Part shown: one piece after another, positions 1-7,941 of the stretch | Numbering within the stretch: the stretch's first letter is position 1 | Layout of the letters: the number at the start of each line of letters is the position of its first letter | Assembly (NCBI GenBank): GCA_002069945.1 | Contig: MWCH01000005.1 | Location: forward strand, 1-62,155 | DNA from: Microgenomates group bacterium ADurb.Bin219 | GTDB lineage: Bacteria; Patescibacteriota; Microgenomatia; UM-FILTER-40-11 | Length of the DNA: 62,155 nucleotides | Reading direction: 5' to 3' | Notes under the pieces: generated by a model | The model's database searches: none | Seen by the model: the letters and a program-made list of their open reading frames with translations, nothing else | Told to the model about the DNA's origin: nothing | Made by a program: the position numbers and the translations under genes

Positions 1-756
1 TCGGTGGAAGAAATTAAAAACGAAAAATTAAAAATTAAAAATAAAGATTTAAGATTAATCGTTATTGAAAACAAAGAAAATGTGGGATTTGCGAGAGGGA
101 ACAATCAGGGAATAAAGGAAGCGAAAGGTGAATATATTATGCTTTTGAATTCTGATACCGTTGTTAAAAAAGGGTCAATTACCAAATTAATAGAATATTT
201 AGATACCCATCAGGAGATTGCCGTAGTCGGTCCAAGGCTTTTAAACGAAGACGGTTCAGCCCAAGCCAGTTGTGGTCGTTCCCCGAATATGAAAGTAGTA
301 GCACTGATGTTGTTTAAAGAGCATTTCGGCGGCAGCCGCTTTGTCCGTTGGTCGCCGGAGGAATCCACTGGGGTTGATTGGCTGATGGGAGCGGCTTTCA
401 TGGCCAGAAAAGAAGTTTTTCAAAAAATCGGCGGCCTTGACGAAAAACTGTTTATGTATATGGAAGAAGTAGAATGGTTTTACCGGGCAAAACAGGCAGG
501 ATTTAAAGCCTATTTTCTAAAAGAGGCGGAAATTGTTCATTTGGGCAGGGGAAGCTCAGTTTCGGGCAAAAAAGAACCGATTTTAAATATTTACAAAGGA
601 ATTCTTTATTTTTACCGCAAACACAAAAGCCCCATCGAGTTATTCATTTTACGGACAATGTTAAAATTAAAAGCACTTTTGGCTTTAATCTTAGGATGGT
701 TAAAGAACGATAAATATCTAAAGGAGACTTATGGCCAAGCTATTAAAATTTCTTAA
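1..756 (+). CDS. Glycosyltransferase family 2 (5' end cut by window edge)
   Basis: Frame open from base 1. Motifs NKENVGFARGNNQG, LLNSDT, VDWLMGAAF, YMEEVEWFYR are typical of GT2. Paralog of 4847..5836. Confidence 0.8.
   Translation, partial: SVEEIKNEKLKIKNKDLRLIVIENKENVGFARGNNQGIKEAKGEYIMLLNSDTVVKKGSITKLIEYLDTHQEIAVVGPRLLNEDGSAQASCGRSPNMKVVALMLFKEHFGGSRFVRWSPEESTGVDWLMGAAFMARKEVFQKIGGLDEKLFMYMEEVEWFYRAKQAGFKAYFLKEAEIVHLGRGSSVSGKKEPILNIYKGILYFYRKHKSPIELFILRTMLKLKALLALILGWLKNDKYLKETYGQAIKIS
11..59. repeat. Degenerate heptamer patch (7 units: AAATTAA AAACGAA AAATTAA AAATTAA AAATAAA GATTTAA GATTAAT)
   Basis: Read directly. Lies inside the 86-nt block that is identical to 5048..5133. Confidence 0.7.
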
Positions 757-2212
757 AAACGAGCAAATTTTATTTTTGGGAATCGGATTCCTTTTGTTCT
801 TTATTCCGATATATCCCAAATTTCCTTTAATCGCGATTAGAGAAACATATGTCAATATCAGGCTGGAGGATATCTTTTTTTCTTTATTGGTCGGAATTTT
901 TTTGATTCAGGTTGTCCTAAAAAAGGATTTTTCTTTGTTAAATAAATTTTTGACTAGGCTGATACTTTTTTTCTTTTGGACAGGTGCTCTTTCGGCGGTC
1001 AGTGGAATTCTTATCACCAAGAATGTAACTGCCCATTTGGTTTTTCTTCACTGGCTTAGAAGAGTTGAATACATTTTGCTTTTTTTTATTGCATATTCCA
1101 GTTTTAAAGATATTAAAAAATTAAAAACTTTTGGCTGGCTTCTTTTAATTTCTACTTTCGGAGTGATTATTTACGGACTTGGCCAAAAATTTTTTGGTTG
1201 GCCGGTAGTTTCAACTATGAATAAAGAATTTTCCAAGGGAATGATCTTGCGATTGACATGGTGGGCAAGAGTTAACTCCACTTTTGCCGGCCACTATGAT
1301 TTAGCCGCCTATATGGTTATGATATTGCCCTTGGCAACGATAGCCTTGATGATTAGCAAAAAAATAAAAGTTAAAATATTGATTTTAATTTTAGGTTTGC
1401 TTTGTTTTTACATTTTGCTTTTAACAGCCTCAAGAATTTCTTATGCGGCGTATTTGGCAGCGGTTTTGCTTGTTCTTCTTTTGGCAAATAAAAAATGGTG
1501 GATTATTCCCTTTTTGACCATTTCTCTTTTGGGAATGGTTTTTTCCCAGGACTTGGGTCAAAGGTATGCGGCAACCTTCAAAATAAATCTCTCCTTTTTG
1601 TCGGCGGATATCAAATTACCCAAATCAAAAGTCGCCATGGCGCCGACACCGACTCCGACAATGGTTCCGCTTGTTGTTTTGACCGAGGGACCGAAAAAGC
1701 CGGGAACACCAAAGCCGACATCAACTTTAACGCCGACGCCGACGCCAGAATCGGAGGCAACAGCTTCAGCCGAATATTTTGAACCAACCGAATTAGCAGT
1801 GGGACGATCAACGGATATTCGTTTAAAGGTTGAGTGGCCAAGGGCGATAAGAGCCTTTTTAAAAAATCCGCTTTTGGGAACAGGATATTCTTCAATTACT
1901 TTAGCTACTGATAACGATTATTTAAGGATACTGGGAGAAACGGGACTGTTGGGAGCAATAGTTTTTTTGGCGGTAATTCTTGAAATCGTCAGGGAGATCT
2001 TTTTCTTTTTGAGAGAAGGAAAAGGAAGCAAGGAAGCAAGGCTAATTGTGATTGGGGTTTGCGGAGCCGGTGTCGGCTATTTTTTAAATGCCGGTTTTAT
2101 AGACGTTTTTGAAGCCTCAAAAATTGCTTTTTTCTTTTGGATATTAATGGGAATTGCTCTTAAAATTATTGACATTGAAAGTTCAAAGTTCAAAGTTCAA
2201 AATTCAAAATGA
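731..2212 (+). CDS. O-antigen ligase/polymerase-like (Wzy_C-type) polytopic membrane protein with Pro/Thr-rich loop
   Basis: About 10 hydrophobic segments. TASRISYAAYLAA motif resembles the Wzy_C core (compare TYSRSSYLALIAG in 59166..60401). PT-rich loop APTPTPT...TPTPTPE. Start overlaps the upstream gene. Confidence 0.65.
   Translation: MAKLLKFLKNEQILFLGIGFLLFFIPIYPKFPLIAIRETYVNIRLEDIFFSLLVGIFLIQVVLKKDFSLLNKFLTRLILFFFWTGALSAVSGILITKNVTAHLVFLHWLRRVEYILLFFIAYSSFKDIKKLKTFGWLLLISTFGVIIYGLGQKFFGWPVVSTMNKEFSKGMILRLTWWARVNSTFAGHYDLAAYMVMILPLATIALMISKKIKVKILILILGLLCFYILLLTASRISYAAYLAAVLLVLLLANKKWWIIPFLTISLLGMVFSQDLGQRYAATFKINLSFLSADIKLPKSKVAMAPTPTPTMVPLVVLTEGPKKPGTPKPTSTLTPTPTPESEATASAEYFEPTELAVGRSTDIRLKVEWPRAIRAFLKNPLLGTGYSSITLATDNDYLRILGETGLLGAIVFLAVILEIVREIFFFLREGKGSKEARLIVIGVCGAGVGYFLNAGFIDVFEASKIAFFFWILMGIALKIIDIESSKFKVQNSK
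2177..2211. repeat. Heptamer tandem repeat (GAAAGTT CAAAGTT CAAAGTT CAAAATT CAAAATG)
   Basis: Read directly. Forms the C-terminal SKFKVQNSK tail and contains both the stop (2210..2212) and the next ATG (2209). Confidence 0.85.
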
Positions 2213-3643
2213 AAGGAAAAGTATTTTTGTTTTTTATATTGGCTTTAGGATTTTGTTCGCGATTGTATAAGATAAATATTCCTCTGGCCGATCACCATTC
2301 CTGGCGGCAAGCAGATACGGCGGCAGTAGCGAGAAATTATATTAAAGAAGGCTGGAATTTCTTTTTTCCGAAAGCGTGGATGAAATTGTTTTTTTATACG
2401 TGAATGATCCCTGTGTAATAATTGGTTCCAAGGAGTCTATAAATTAATCGGTGTTCGGGAAAAATGGGCGAGACTGGTTTCAATTATCTTTTCCCTGGGT
2501 TCAACCGTTTTTCTTTATTTTATTGCCAAAAATTTCTTTGGAGAAAAAACCGGTTTATTGTCAGCCTTTTTTTTCGCGATTTTGCCTTACAATATTTTTT
2601 ATTCGCGGGTTGTCCTTCCCGAGCCGATGATAATTTTCCTAACCTTGGGGATGTTTTATTATTTGATTAAGTGGCTTGATACCGATTCTTCAGTCTACTA
2701 TTTACCGTTTATTGTTTTCTCGTTGTTGTCGTTTTCCCAGAAAAGTTTTCCGCTGTTTTTTCTTTTGCCGCTGGCCTATCTTTTTTGGCAAAAGTTTGGC
2801 TTTAATTTGATTAAACAAAAGAAAATCTTTTTTTGGCTAATTGCTTCCTTTTTACCATTGATTTTGTGGCGTTGGTGGATAAGCCGCTTTCCCGAAGGTA
2901 TTCCGGCAAATTTGTGGCTGTTTAATCAAGGGAATATCCGTTTCAAGGGCGCTTTTTTTTGGTGGTTGTTTGCGGAAAGGATAGGGAAGTTGATTTTGGG
3001 TTATTGGGGTTTGCCTCTTTTGCTTTTGGGGGTTGTTTTAAAACCAAAAAAAGAGGGTTGGTTTTTCCATTTTTGGCTTTTAAGTCTTTTAATCTATTTG
3101 GCCGTTTTTGCCGCCGGAAATGTGACTCATGATTATTATCAAATTCCTTTAATCCCGATCTTTTGTATTTTTTTGGCGAAAGGCGCCAATTTTTTGCTTT
3201 TTGAAGTTAACAATAATTTTAATCGGTTTCTTTGCTCTTTGTGCTTTGTGCTTTGTACTGGTTTTATGGTGGCTTTTTCCTGGTATCAGGTTCGCGACTT
3301 TTATAATATTCAAAGCGGGGTCGATCTGGCGGGCCGCTGGATAGACGAGAATACCGACCAAAAGGCGCTAATTGTTACCGGAGACAGCAATGATGCGACC
3401 CTTTTATATAATTGCAACCGTTGGGGCTGGACCGCCGGCTATGCTTCTTCCTATCCCAACGAACCCCATGCCATTGAAGAATTAAGATCCAAAGGCGCCT
3501 CTTTTTATGTATCAACCAAATTTGATAAAAACTCCGATTTCGGAAAATATATGTTCAAAAATTATCAGCTTTTAAAGGAAACCGATCAGTTTGTTGCTTT
3601 TTCTTTAATAAACAATTACCAATTACCAATCACCAATCGCTAA
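2209..3643 (+). pseudogene. ArnT/PMT_2-like (GT39/GT83-type) membrane glycosyltransferase with the reading frame broken around 2365-2410
   Basis: The N-terminal 64 aa (SRLYKINIPLADHHSWRQADTAAVARNYIKEGWN) is the typical family start and ends at TGA 2401..2403. The family continues in another frame from 2408 (LCNNWFQGVYKLIGVREKWARLVSIIFSLGSTVFLYFIAKNFFGEKTGLLSAFFFAILPYN...) and is intact to 3643. T6 and T7 runs flank the break. Confidence 0.55.
3231..3258. repeat. Heptamer patch (TTTGCTC TTTGTGC TTTGTGC TTTGTAC)
   Basis: Read directly. Translated as LCSLCFVLC. Confidence 0.7.
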
Positions 3644-3647
3644 TCTC
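3613..3647. repeat. Heptamer patch (CAATTAC CAATTAC CAATCAC CAATCGC TAATCTC)
   Basis: Read directly. Gives the NNYQLPITNR tail and spans stop codon 3641..3643. Confidence 0.85.
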
Positions 3648-3651
3648 TATT

Positions 3652-4863
3652 ATGAAAATTTTAATGTTGACTCCTTATCTTCCTTTTCCGCCTTCTTCCG
3701 GCGGCCAGGTTCGCTCATATAATTTAATAAAGAATTTGGCCCAAAAGCACGAAATAACTTTGTTTTCTTTGATCAAAAAAGAAGAAGAGAAAAAATACGT
3801 TCTTGAATTGGAAAAATATTGTAAAAAGGTAAAAGTTTTTAAAAGATCTCCCCGGCCATGGACACTAAGAAATATTCTTAAAACCGGTTTCAGCTCTTAC
3901 CCGTTTTTAGTGATTAGAAATTCTTCGGACGAAGAGAAAGAGGCTTTAATTAACGAACTTAACGGTAATCTGTTCGACTTGATTCATGCGGAAACTTTTT
4001 ATGTTATGCCTCATTTGCCGGAAACAAAAACACCGATATTGTTAGTCGATCAAACGATTGAGTTTCAGGTATATCAGCATTTTGTGGAAAAAAGCAAGCT
4101 TTTTTTCCTTAAGCCTTTGTTATACCTCGATGTTCTTAAAATTAGATATTGGGAGTTAAAATTTTGGAAAAAAGCGAATAAAGTAGTTGCAGTATCGGAA
4201 GCCGATAAACAAAAAATGCTTTATTTGGAAAAAAATCTAGATGTCGGGGTTGTTCCCAACGGTGCCGGAGAAGATTTGATGAAGATTGGTAATTTCTCCA
4301 AAAACATTAAAGAGCCGGTAATTCTTTTTCAGGCAAATTTTTCCTGGTTGCAGAATATTGAAGCGGCTGCCAATCTCGCCAAGAAGGTTTTTCCCCTAAT
4401 CAAGAAAACGATTCCTCAAGCTAAATGCCGGATAGTTGGCCAGGGAGCGAGAGAAAAATTAAAAAAACTTTCCTCAGAAGACGTTCAGATAGTTGACCTG
4501 GAAACCGACGATACGGAAGGGGTTATGAAAGCTTATCGCCAGGCGAGTGTCTTTGTTGCTCCACTAGAGGGTCCGGGCGGCACCAGATTAAAGATTTTAG
4601 GAGCTATGGCTGCGAGTGTGCCGGTGATTACCACGACGGTTGGGATTGAAGGAATTGACGCCCATAATAATAAGGAAGTTCTAATCGCTGACTCCTGGAG
4701 TCTGATGGCAAAAAATTCCATTAAGCTGATTAGAAATCCGGATTTTTATCGGAGAATGACCAGTTCGGCCAGAAAATTAATTGAGGACAAGTATAGTTAT
4801 CAGAAGATTTCTTTAATTTTGGATAAATTTTATCGGGAGGTGGCCGGTGGAAGAAAAAATTGA
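3652..4863 (+). CDS. Glycosyltransferase family 4 (GT-B, Glycos_transf_1-type)
   Basis: MKILMLTPYLPFPPSSGGQVRSYNL N-terminus. C-terminal VFVAPLEGPGGTRLKILGAMAASVPVITT sugar-donor region. Confidence 0.8.
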   Translation: MKILMLTPYLPFPPSSGGQVRSYNLIKNLAQKHEITLFSLIKKEEEKKYVLELEKYCKKVKVFKRSPRPWTLRNILKTGFSSYPFLVIRNSSDEEKEALINELNGNLFDLIHAETFYVMPHLPETKTPILLVDQTIEFQVYQHFVEKSKLFFLKPLLYLDVLKIRYWELKFWKKANKVVAVSEADKQKMLYLEKNLDVGVVPNGAGEDLMKIGNFSKNIKEPVILFQANFSWLQNIEAAANLAKKVFPLIKKTIPQAKCRIVGQGAREKLKKLSSEDVQIVDLETDDTEGVMKAYRQASVFVAPLEGPGGTRLKILGAMAASVPVITTTVGIEGIDAHNNKEVLIADSWSLMAKNSIKLIRNPDFYRRMTSSARKLIEDKYSYQKISLILDKFYREVAGGRKN

Positions 4864-5836
4864 CCTTTCCATAATTATCCTTTCCTACAATACCAGAGAG
4901 CTTTTGAAAAAGTGCCTTGACTCGGTGATTAGTGATTTGCAATTAGCGGTTAGAGAGAAGGGAAGAGGTTTTGATACGCCACCAATCACCAATCACCAGC
5001 CACCAATCACCGAGATTATCGTGGTGGACAATGGATCAACTGACGGTTCGGTGGAAGAAATTAAAAACGAAAAATTAAAAATTAAAAATAAAGATTTAAG
5101 ATTAATCGTTATTGAAAACAAAGAAAATGTGGGCTTTGCGAGAGGAAATAATGTCGGCCTTAAAATCGCCAATGGCCGCTATATTTTGTTTTTAAATTCG
5201 GATACGGAGATTTTCCCGGGTTCTTTAAAAGAGGCGATTGATTTTATGGATTCGGATAAAACTATTGGCGCGATGACTCCCAAAACCGTCCTTTATTCCG
5301 GGAAAATAGATCCCGATTGTCATCGCGGCTTTCCGACTCCATGGGCGTCTTTGACTTACTTTCTCGGATTGGAGAAACTTTTTCCCAAGAGCCGCCTTTT
5401 CGGCCAATACCATAAATTTTATCAAGATTTGGACAAACCCCACGAAATTGATGCCGGATTCGGAACGTTTTTGCTGATAAGAAAAGAGGTATATAAAGCA
5501 ATCGGCGGCTGGGACGAGAGTTATTTTTTTTACGGTGAGGATTTGGATTATTTTTATCGCGTTAAACAAGCCGGCTGGAAAGTGATGTTTTATCCGAAGA
5601 TTCTTTTAAAGCACCATAAAGGAGGAAGTTCTGGACTAAGAAAAGAATCAAAAAAAATTACTTTGGCCAGCCGGGAAACCAGGATTAAAACCGCCCGCGC
5701 CTCAATTCGGGCGATGGAAATTTTTTACAAGAAGTTTTATAAAGACAAATATCCCAATTGGCTGACTTTTCTCGTATTGTCAGCTATCAAAGTAAAAGGC
5801 GTATTTAGATTATTGAAACACTATATTAATAAATAA
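4847..5836 (+). CDS. Glycosyltransferase family 2 carrying an in-frame repeat insertion
   Basis: LSIIILSYNT, VVDNGSTDGS, NVGFARGNNVG, FLNSDTE, FFYGEDLDYFYRVKQAGW. GTG start overlaps the upstream gene by 17 nt. Confidence 0.85.
   Translation: MEEKIDLSIIILSYNTRELLKKCLDSVISDLQLAVREKGRGFDTPPITNHQPPITEIIVVDNGSTDGSVEEIKNEKLKIKNKDLRLIVIENKENVGFARGNNVGLKIANGRYILFLNSDTEIFPGSLKEAIDFMDSDKTIGAMTPKTVLYSGKIDPDCHRGFPTPWASLTYFLGLEKLFPKSRLFGQYHKFYQDLDKPHEIDAGFGTFLLIRKEVYKAIGGWDESYFFYGEDLDYFYRVKQAGWKVMFYPKILLKHHKGGSSGLRKESKKITLASRETRIKTARASIRAMEIFYKKFYKDKYPNWLTFLVLSAIKVKGVFRLLKHYINK
4924..5014. repeat. 13-unit phase-coherent heptamer patch with inverted arms (GGTGATTAGTGATT ... AATCACCAATCACC)
   Basis: Units: GGTGATT AGTGATT TGCAATT AGCGGTT AGAGAGA AGGGAAG AGGTTTT GATACGC CACCAAT CACCAAT CACCAGC CACCAAT CACCGAG. 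Shares an 11-mer and a 24-mer with 6653..6771. Confidence 0.85.
5048..5133. repeat. 86-nt block identical to window positions 1..86
   Basis: Base-by-base comparison: first mismatch at 87/5134. Flanking coding sequence of the two GT2 paralogs is strongly diverged. Confidence 0.9.
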
Positions 5837-5903
5837 ATTGGAAGTTCGTTACAAGCTATCCCGATCTTAAACGAGATTGCAATATTACGAAATAAAAGAA
5901 AAA

Positions 5904-7208
5904 ATGAAAATCGGAATTGATTGCCGGATGATTGGATTGGAAAATGCCGGGATTGGACGTTATGTCCAGAATCTTGTAAATGAGTTATCGAAGATTGACA
6001 AGAATAACGTTTATGTTTTATTTGTTCGGAAAAATTTCTTAACGAAAATAAGTTCCAATTCCCAATCTCCCAGCCTGTGCCAAAGCTTCGGCGGGCAGGC
6101 AGTATCAAATATCAAATATGTAGCGGCAGAAGCAAGGCATTACTCCTTAAAAGAACAGGTTTTAATGCCCTATTTAATTCGGAAAGAGAAAATTGATTTA
6201 ATGCATTTTCCTCATTTTAACGTGCCGGTTTTTTATTTTGGCGATTATGTTTTGACCATTCACGATTTAATCAAACACTTTTCCCGCGGCCGGTCGACGA
6301 CGACCAAAAACTACTTGTTTTATTGGCTGAAGTATTTGGGTTATTTAATTGTTTTTCGACTGGCGGTTAAAAGAGCCAAAAATATTCTGGTTCCGTCAAA
6401 AACCGTCTCGCTTCAGTTGAGAAAAGCATATGGAATACCGGAAAGTAAAGTGGTAGTGACATATGAGGGAGCGGAAAGCAAGCAAAAAGCTACATCCTTA
6501 AAGGATTCCCCGAAGGGAGCAAATGAAAAGTTAAAAGTTGAAGAAGTATTGGAGAAATATAAAATCAAAAAACCATATTTATTATATGTCGGCAGCGTCT
6601 ATCCCCATAAAAATATCCCCAATCTCATAAGGGCAGTTACTATTCTTAACGAGTCAGCGACTAGCGATCGGCGGTTAGCGGTTAGTGGTCAATCGTTTGC
6701 CTCGTCGGAAGCGTTGAGTCAAGACGGTCCAACCACCAACCACCAACCACCAATCACCAATCACCAGCCATCGGTGAACCTTGTCATTGTTTGCGCCAGG
6801 AATATTTTTTGGGAAAGATTACAAAAAGAAGTTAAAAACCAAAAGGCAGAAAATTTTGTTAAGATGGTGGGTTTTGTTCCGGATGAGGAATTGAAATTAT
6901 TATATAGGGAGGCGGAAGTTTTTGTTTTTCCTTCTTTATCGGAGGGCTTTGGTTTGCCTGGCTTGGAGGCGATGGCAGCCGGGGTTCCGGTTTTGGCTTC
7001 GGACATTCCGGTTTTCAGAGAAATTTATCGGGAAGCAGCCAGTTATTTTAACCCCATCGATTCTCAAGAAATGGCAGAAAAAATTAAAGATCTGCTTATT
7101 GATAAGAAAAAACAAAATACTCTAAGAAAAGAAGGCTTTAAGATTTGCGATAAATACTCCTGGAAAAAGATGGCTGAGCAGACACTGAAAATATATCAAA
7201 GTATATAA
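5904..7208 (+). CDS. Glycosyltransferase family 4 with two in-frame repeat insertions
   Basis: KIGIDCRMIGLENAGIGRYVQNL start and FVFPSLSEGFGLPGLEAMAAGVPVLASD motif. ATG 5904 preferred over the track start 5877, which adds only MQYYEIKEK. Confidence 0.85.
   Translation: MKIGIDCRMIGLENAGIGRYVQNLVNELSKIDKNNVYVLFVRKNFLTKISSNSQSPSLCQSFGGQAVSNIKYVAAEARHYSLKEQVLMPYLIRKEKIDLMHFPHFNVPVFYFGDYVLTIHDLIKHFSRGRSTTTKNYLFYWLKYLGYLIVFRLAVKRAKNILVPSKTVSLQLRKAYGIPESKVVVTYEGAESKQKATSLKDSPKGANEKLKVEEVLEKYKIKKPYLLYVGSVYPHKNIPNLIRAVTILNESATSDRRLAVSGQSFASSEALSQDGPTTNHQPPITNHQPSVNLVIVCARNIFWERLQKEVKNQKAENFVKMVGFVPDEELKLLYREAEVFVFPSLSEGFGLPGLEAMAAGVPVLASDIPVFREIYREAASYFNPIDSQEMAEKIKDLLIDKKKQNTLRKEGFKICDKYSWKKMAEQTLKIYQSI
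6055..6117. repeat. 9-unit heptamer patch (63 nt, 21 codons) with central imperfect palindrome around AAGCTT
   Basis: Units: CCAATTC CCAATCT CCCAGCC TGTGCCA AAGCTTC GGCGGGC AGGCAGT ATCAAAT ATCAAAT. Translated as SNSQSPSLCQSFGGQAVSNIK. Confidence 0.75.
6653..6771. repeat. 17-unit phase-coherent heptamer patch (GTxAGCG type drifting to CAACCAC/CAATCAC)
   Basis: Single 7-nt register over 119 nt, read directly. 6747..6770 is identical to 4979..5002 and 6675..6685 is identical to 4943..4953. Confidence 0.85.
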
Positions 7209-7251
7209 AAAACCGAAAAAACTTCGTTCGTAATATTTTTATTCAAAATTT

Positions 7252-7280
7252 TTGACAATTAAGTCCTGTTGTGCTATTTA
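7252..7280 (+). promoter_or_regulatory. Putative sigma-70-type promoter (TTGACA-17 nt-TGcTATTTA)
   Basis: TTGACA at 7252..7257, 17-nt spacer, TG-extended TATTTA at 7275..7280. Lies about 50 nt upstream of the first zinc-ribbon ORF. Confidence 0.45.
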
Positions 7281-7332
7281 TGAGGTATTCTGTTGGCAAG
7301 AGAGGGTCAAATAAAAAGAAAGGAGAGAAGGA

Positions 7333-7569
7333 ATGGACGAGTGTAAGTGTCATTTGACTGGGTTGGCTAAGGACTGGGTTTTTTGCCCCGAATGTGGAGA
7401 AAGGCTGAAGGAAGAAAAGCCTGCTTGTCGGCCGGTAACCGTTGAGGGCAAGATCAGTCGGTATTGCCCCGTTTGCCGAAAGAATCGCTCGGTTATCCAC
7501 TATGCAGACGGGCAACCTTTACACAATCCGAACTTCTGTCCGGAATGTGGATCGACTTTGTTGAAATAA
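7333..7569 (+). CDS. Small multi-zinc-ribbon protein (78 aa)
   Basis: Three CxxC pairs (CPECG, CPVC, CPECG). AAAGGAGAG Shine-Dalgarno sequence 6 nt upstream. Confidence 0.6.
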   Translation: MDECKCHLTGLAKDWVFCPECGERLKEEKPACRPVTVEGKISRYCPVCRKNRSVIHYADGQPLHNPNFCPECGSTLLK

Positions 7570-7589
7570 GAAAAAAGAAGGGGGAGAGA

Positions 7590-7862
7590 ATGAGGAAGGG
7601 AATAGGGAAGAAAACAAGGGACAAGAAGGTTTGCCGGGGCTGCTTACTTAAAGTTAAGGAGGAGTGGAAATATTGCCCCCGGTGCGGGAGCGATCTCGTT
7701 ATCCAAGGCCATATTTTAAAAGAGTTATTGGAGAAGACTCAGTCGGGAAAGTGGTTTTGCCCGCATTGCCTGAATATCAAAGACGCGATCAAAACACCCA
7801 GGGGGAAGTTTGTCCCGAAGTATTGTACCGATTGCGGTATTCAGCTTCAATATCGTGTTTGA
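7590..7862 (+). CDS. Small multi-zinc-ribbon protein (90 aa), paralog-like of 7333..7569
   Basis: CRGC, CPRCG, CPHC, CTDCG. AAGGGGGAG Shine-Dalgarno directly upstream of ATG 7590. The track ORF from 7464 overlaps the previous gene and is not needed. Confidence 0.6.
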   Translation: MRKGIGKKTRDKKVCRGCLLKVKEEWKYCPRCGSDLVIQGHILKELLEKTQSGKWFCPHCLNIKDAIKTPRGKFVPKYCTDCGIQLQYRV

Positions 7863-7882
7863 TTAAGAGAAACAAAGGCTGA

Positions 7883-7920
7883 CAACTTGCCTGGTCGAAA
7901 GACAAAAAGTTGCTTTTTTT
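7883..7920 (+). terminator. Putative intrinsic terminator
   Basis: CAACTT (7883..7888) pairs with AAGTTG (7907..7912). An inner GTC-GAAA-GAC hairpin is present, followed by C plus T7 (7914..7920). Confidence 0.5.
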
Positions 7921-7941
7921 ATGGTAAAATCGCTTCAATAG

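Noticed and set aside
1621-1790. Pro/Thr-rich segment of the O-antigen-ligase-like protein as another heptamer patch
   Set aside because: Its periodicity is 6 nt (CCGACA/CCGACG Pro-Thr codon pairs). That fits an ordinary PT linker, like the one in the 848-aa protein.
2464-2670. 68-aa ORF inside the broken ArnT-like gene
   Set aside because: It is out of frame with the conserved family sequence, which runs from 2408 in another frame.
4924-6771. Repeat patches as a CRISPR array
   Set aside because: The units are 7-8 nt and contiguous, with no spacers of 25-40 nt. They lie inside ORFs, and there are no cas genes.
7464-7589. N-terminal extension of the second zinc-ribbon ORF as given in the track
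   Set aside because: It overlaps the first zinc-ribbon gene. A strong AAGGGGGAG Shine-Dalgarno precedes the internal ATG at 7590.
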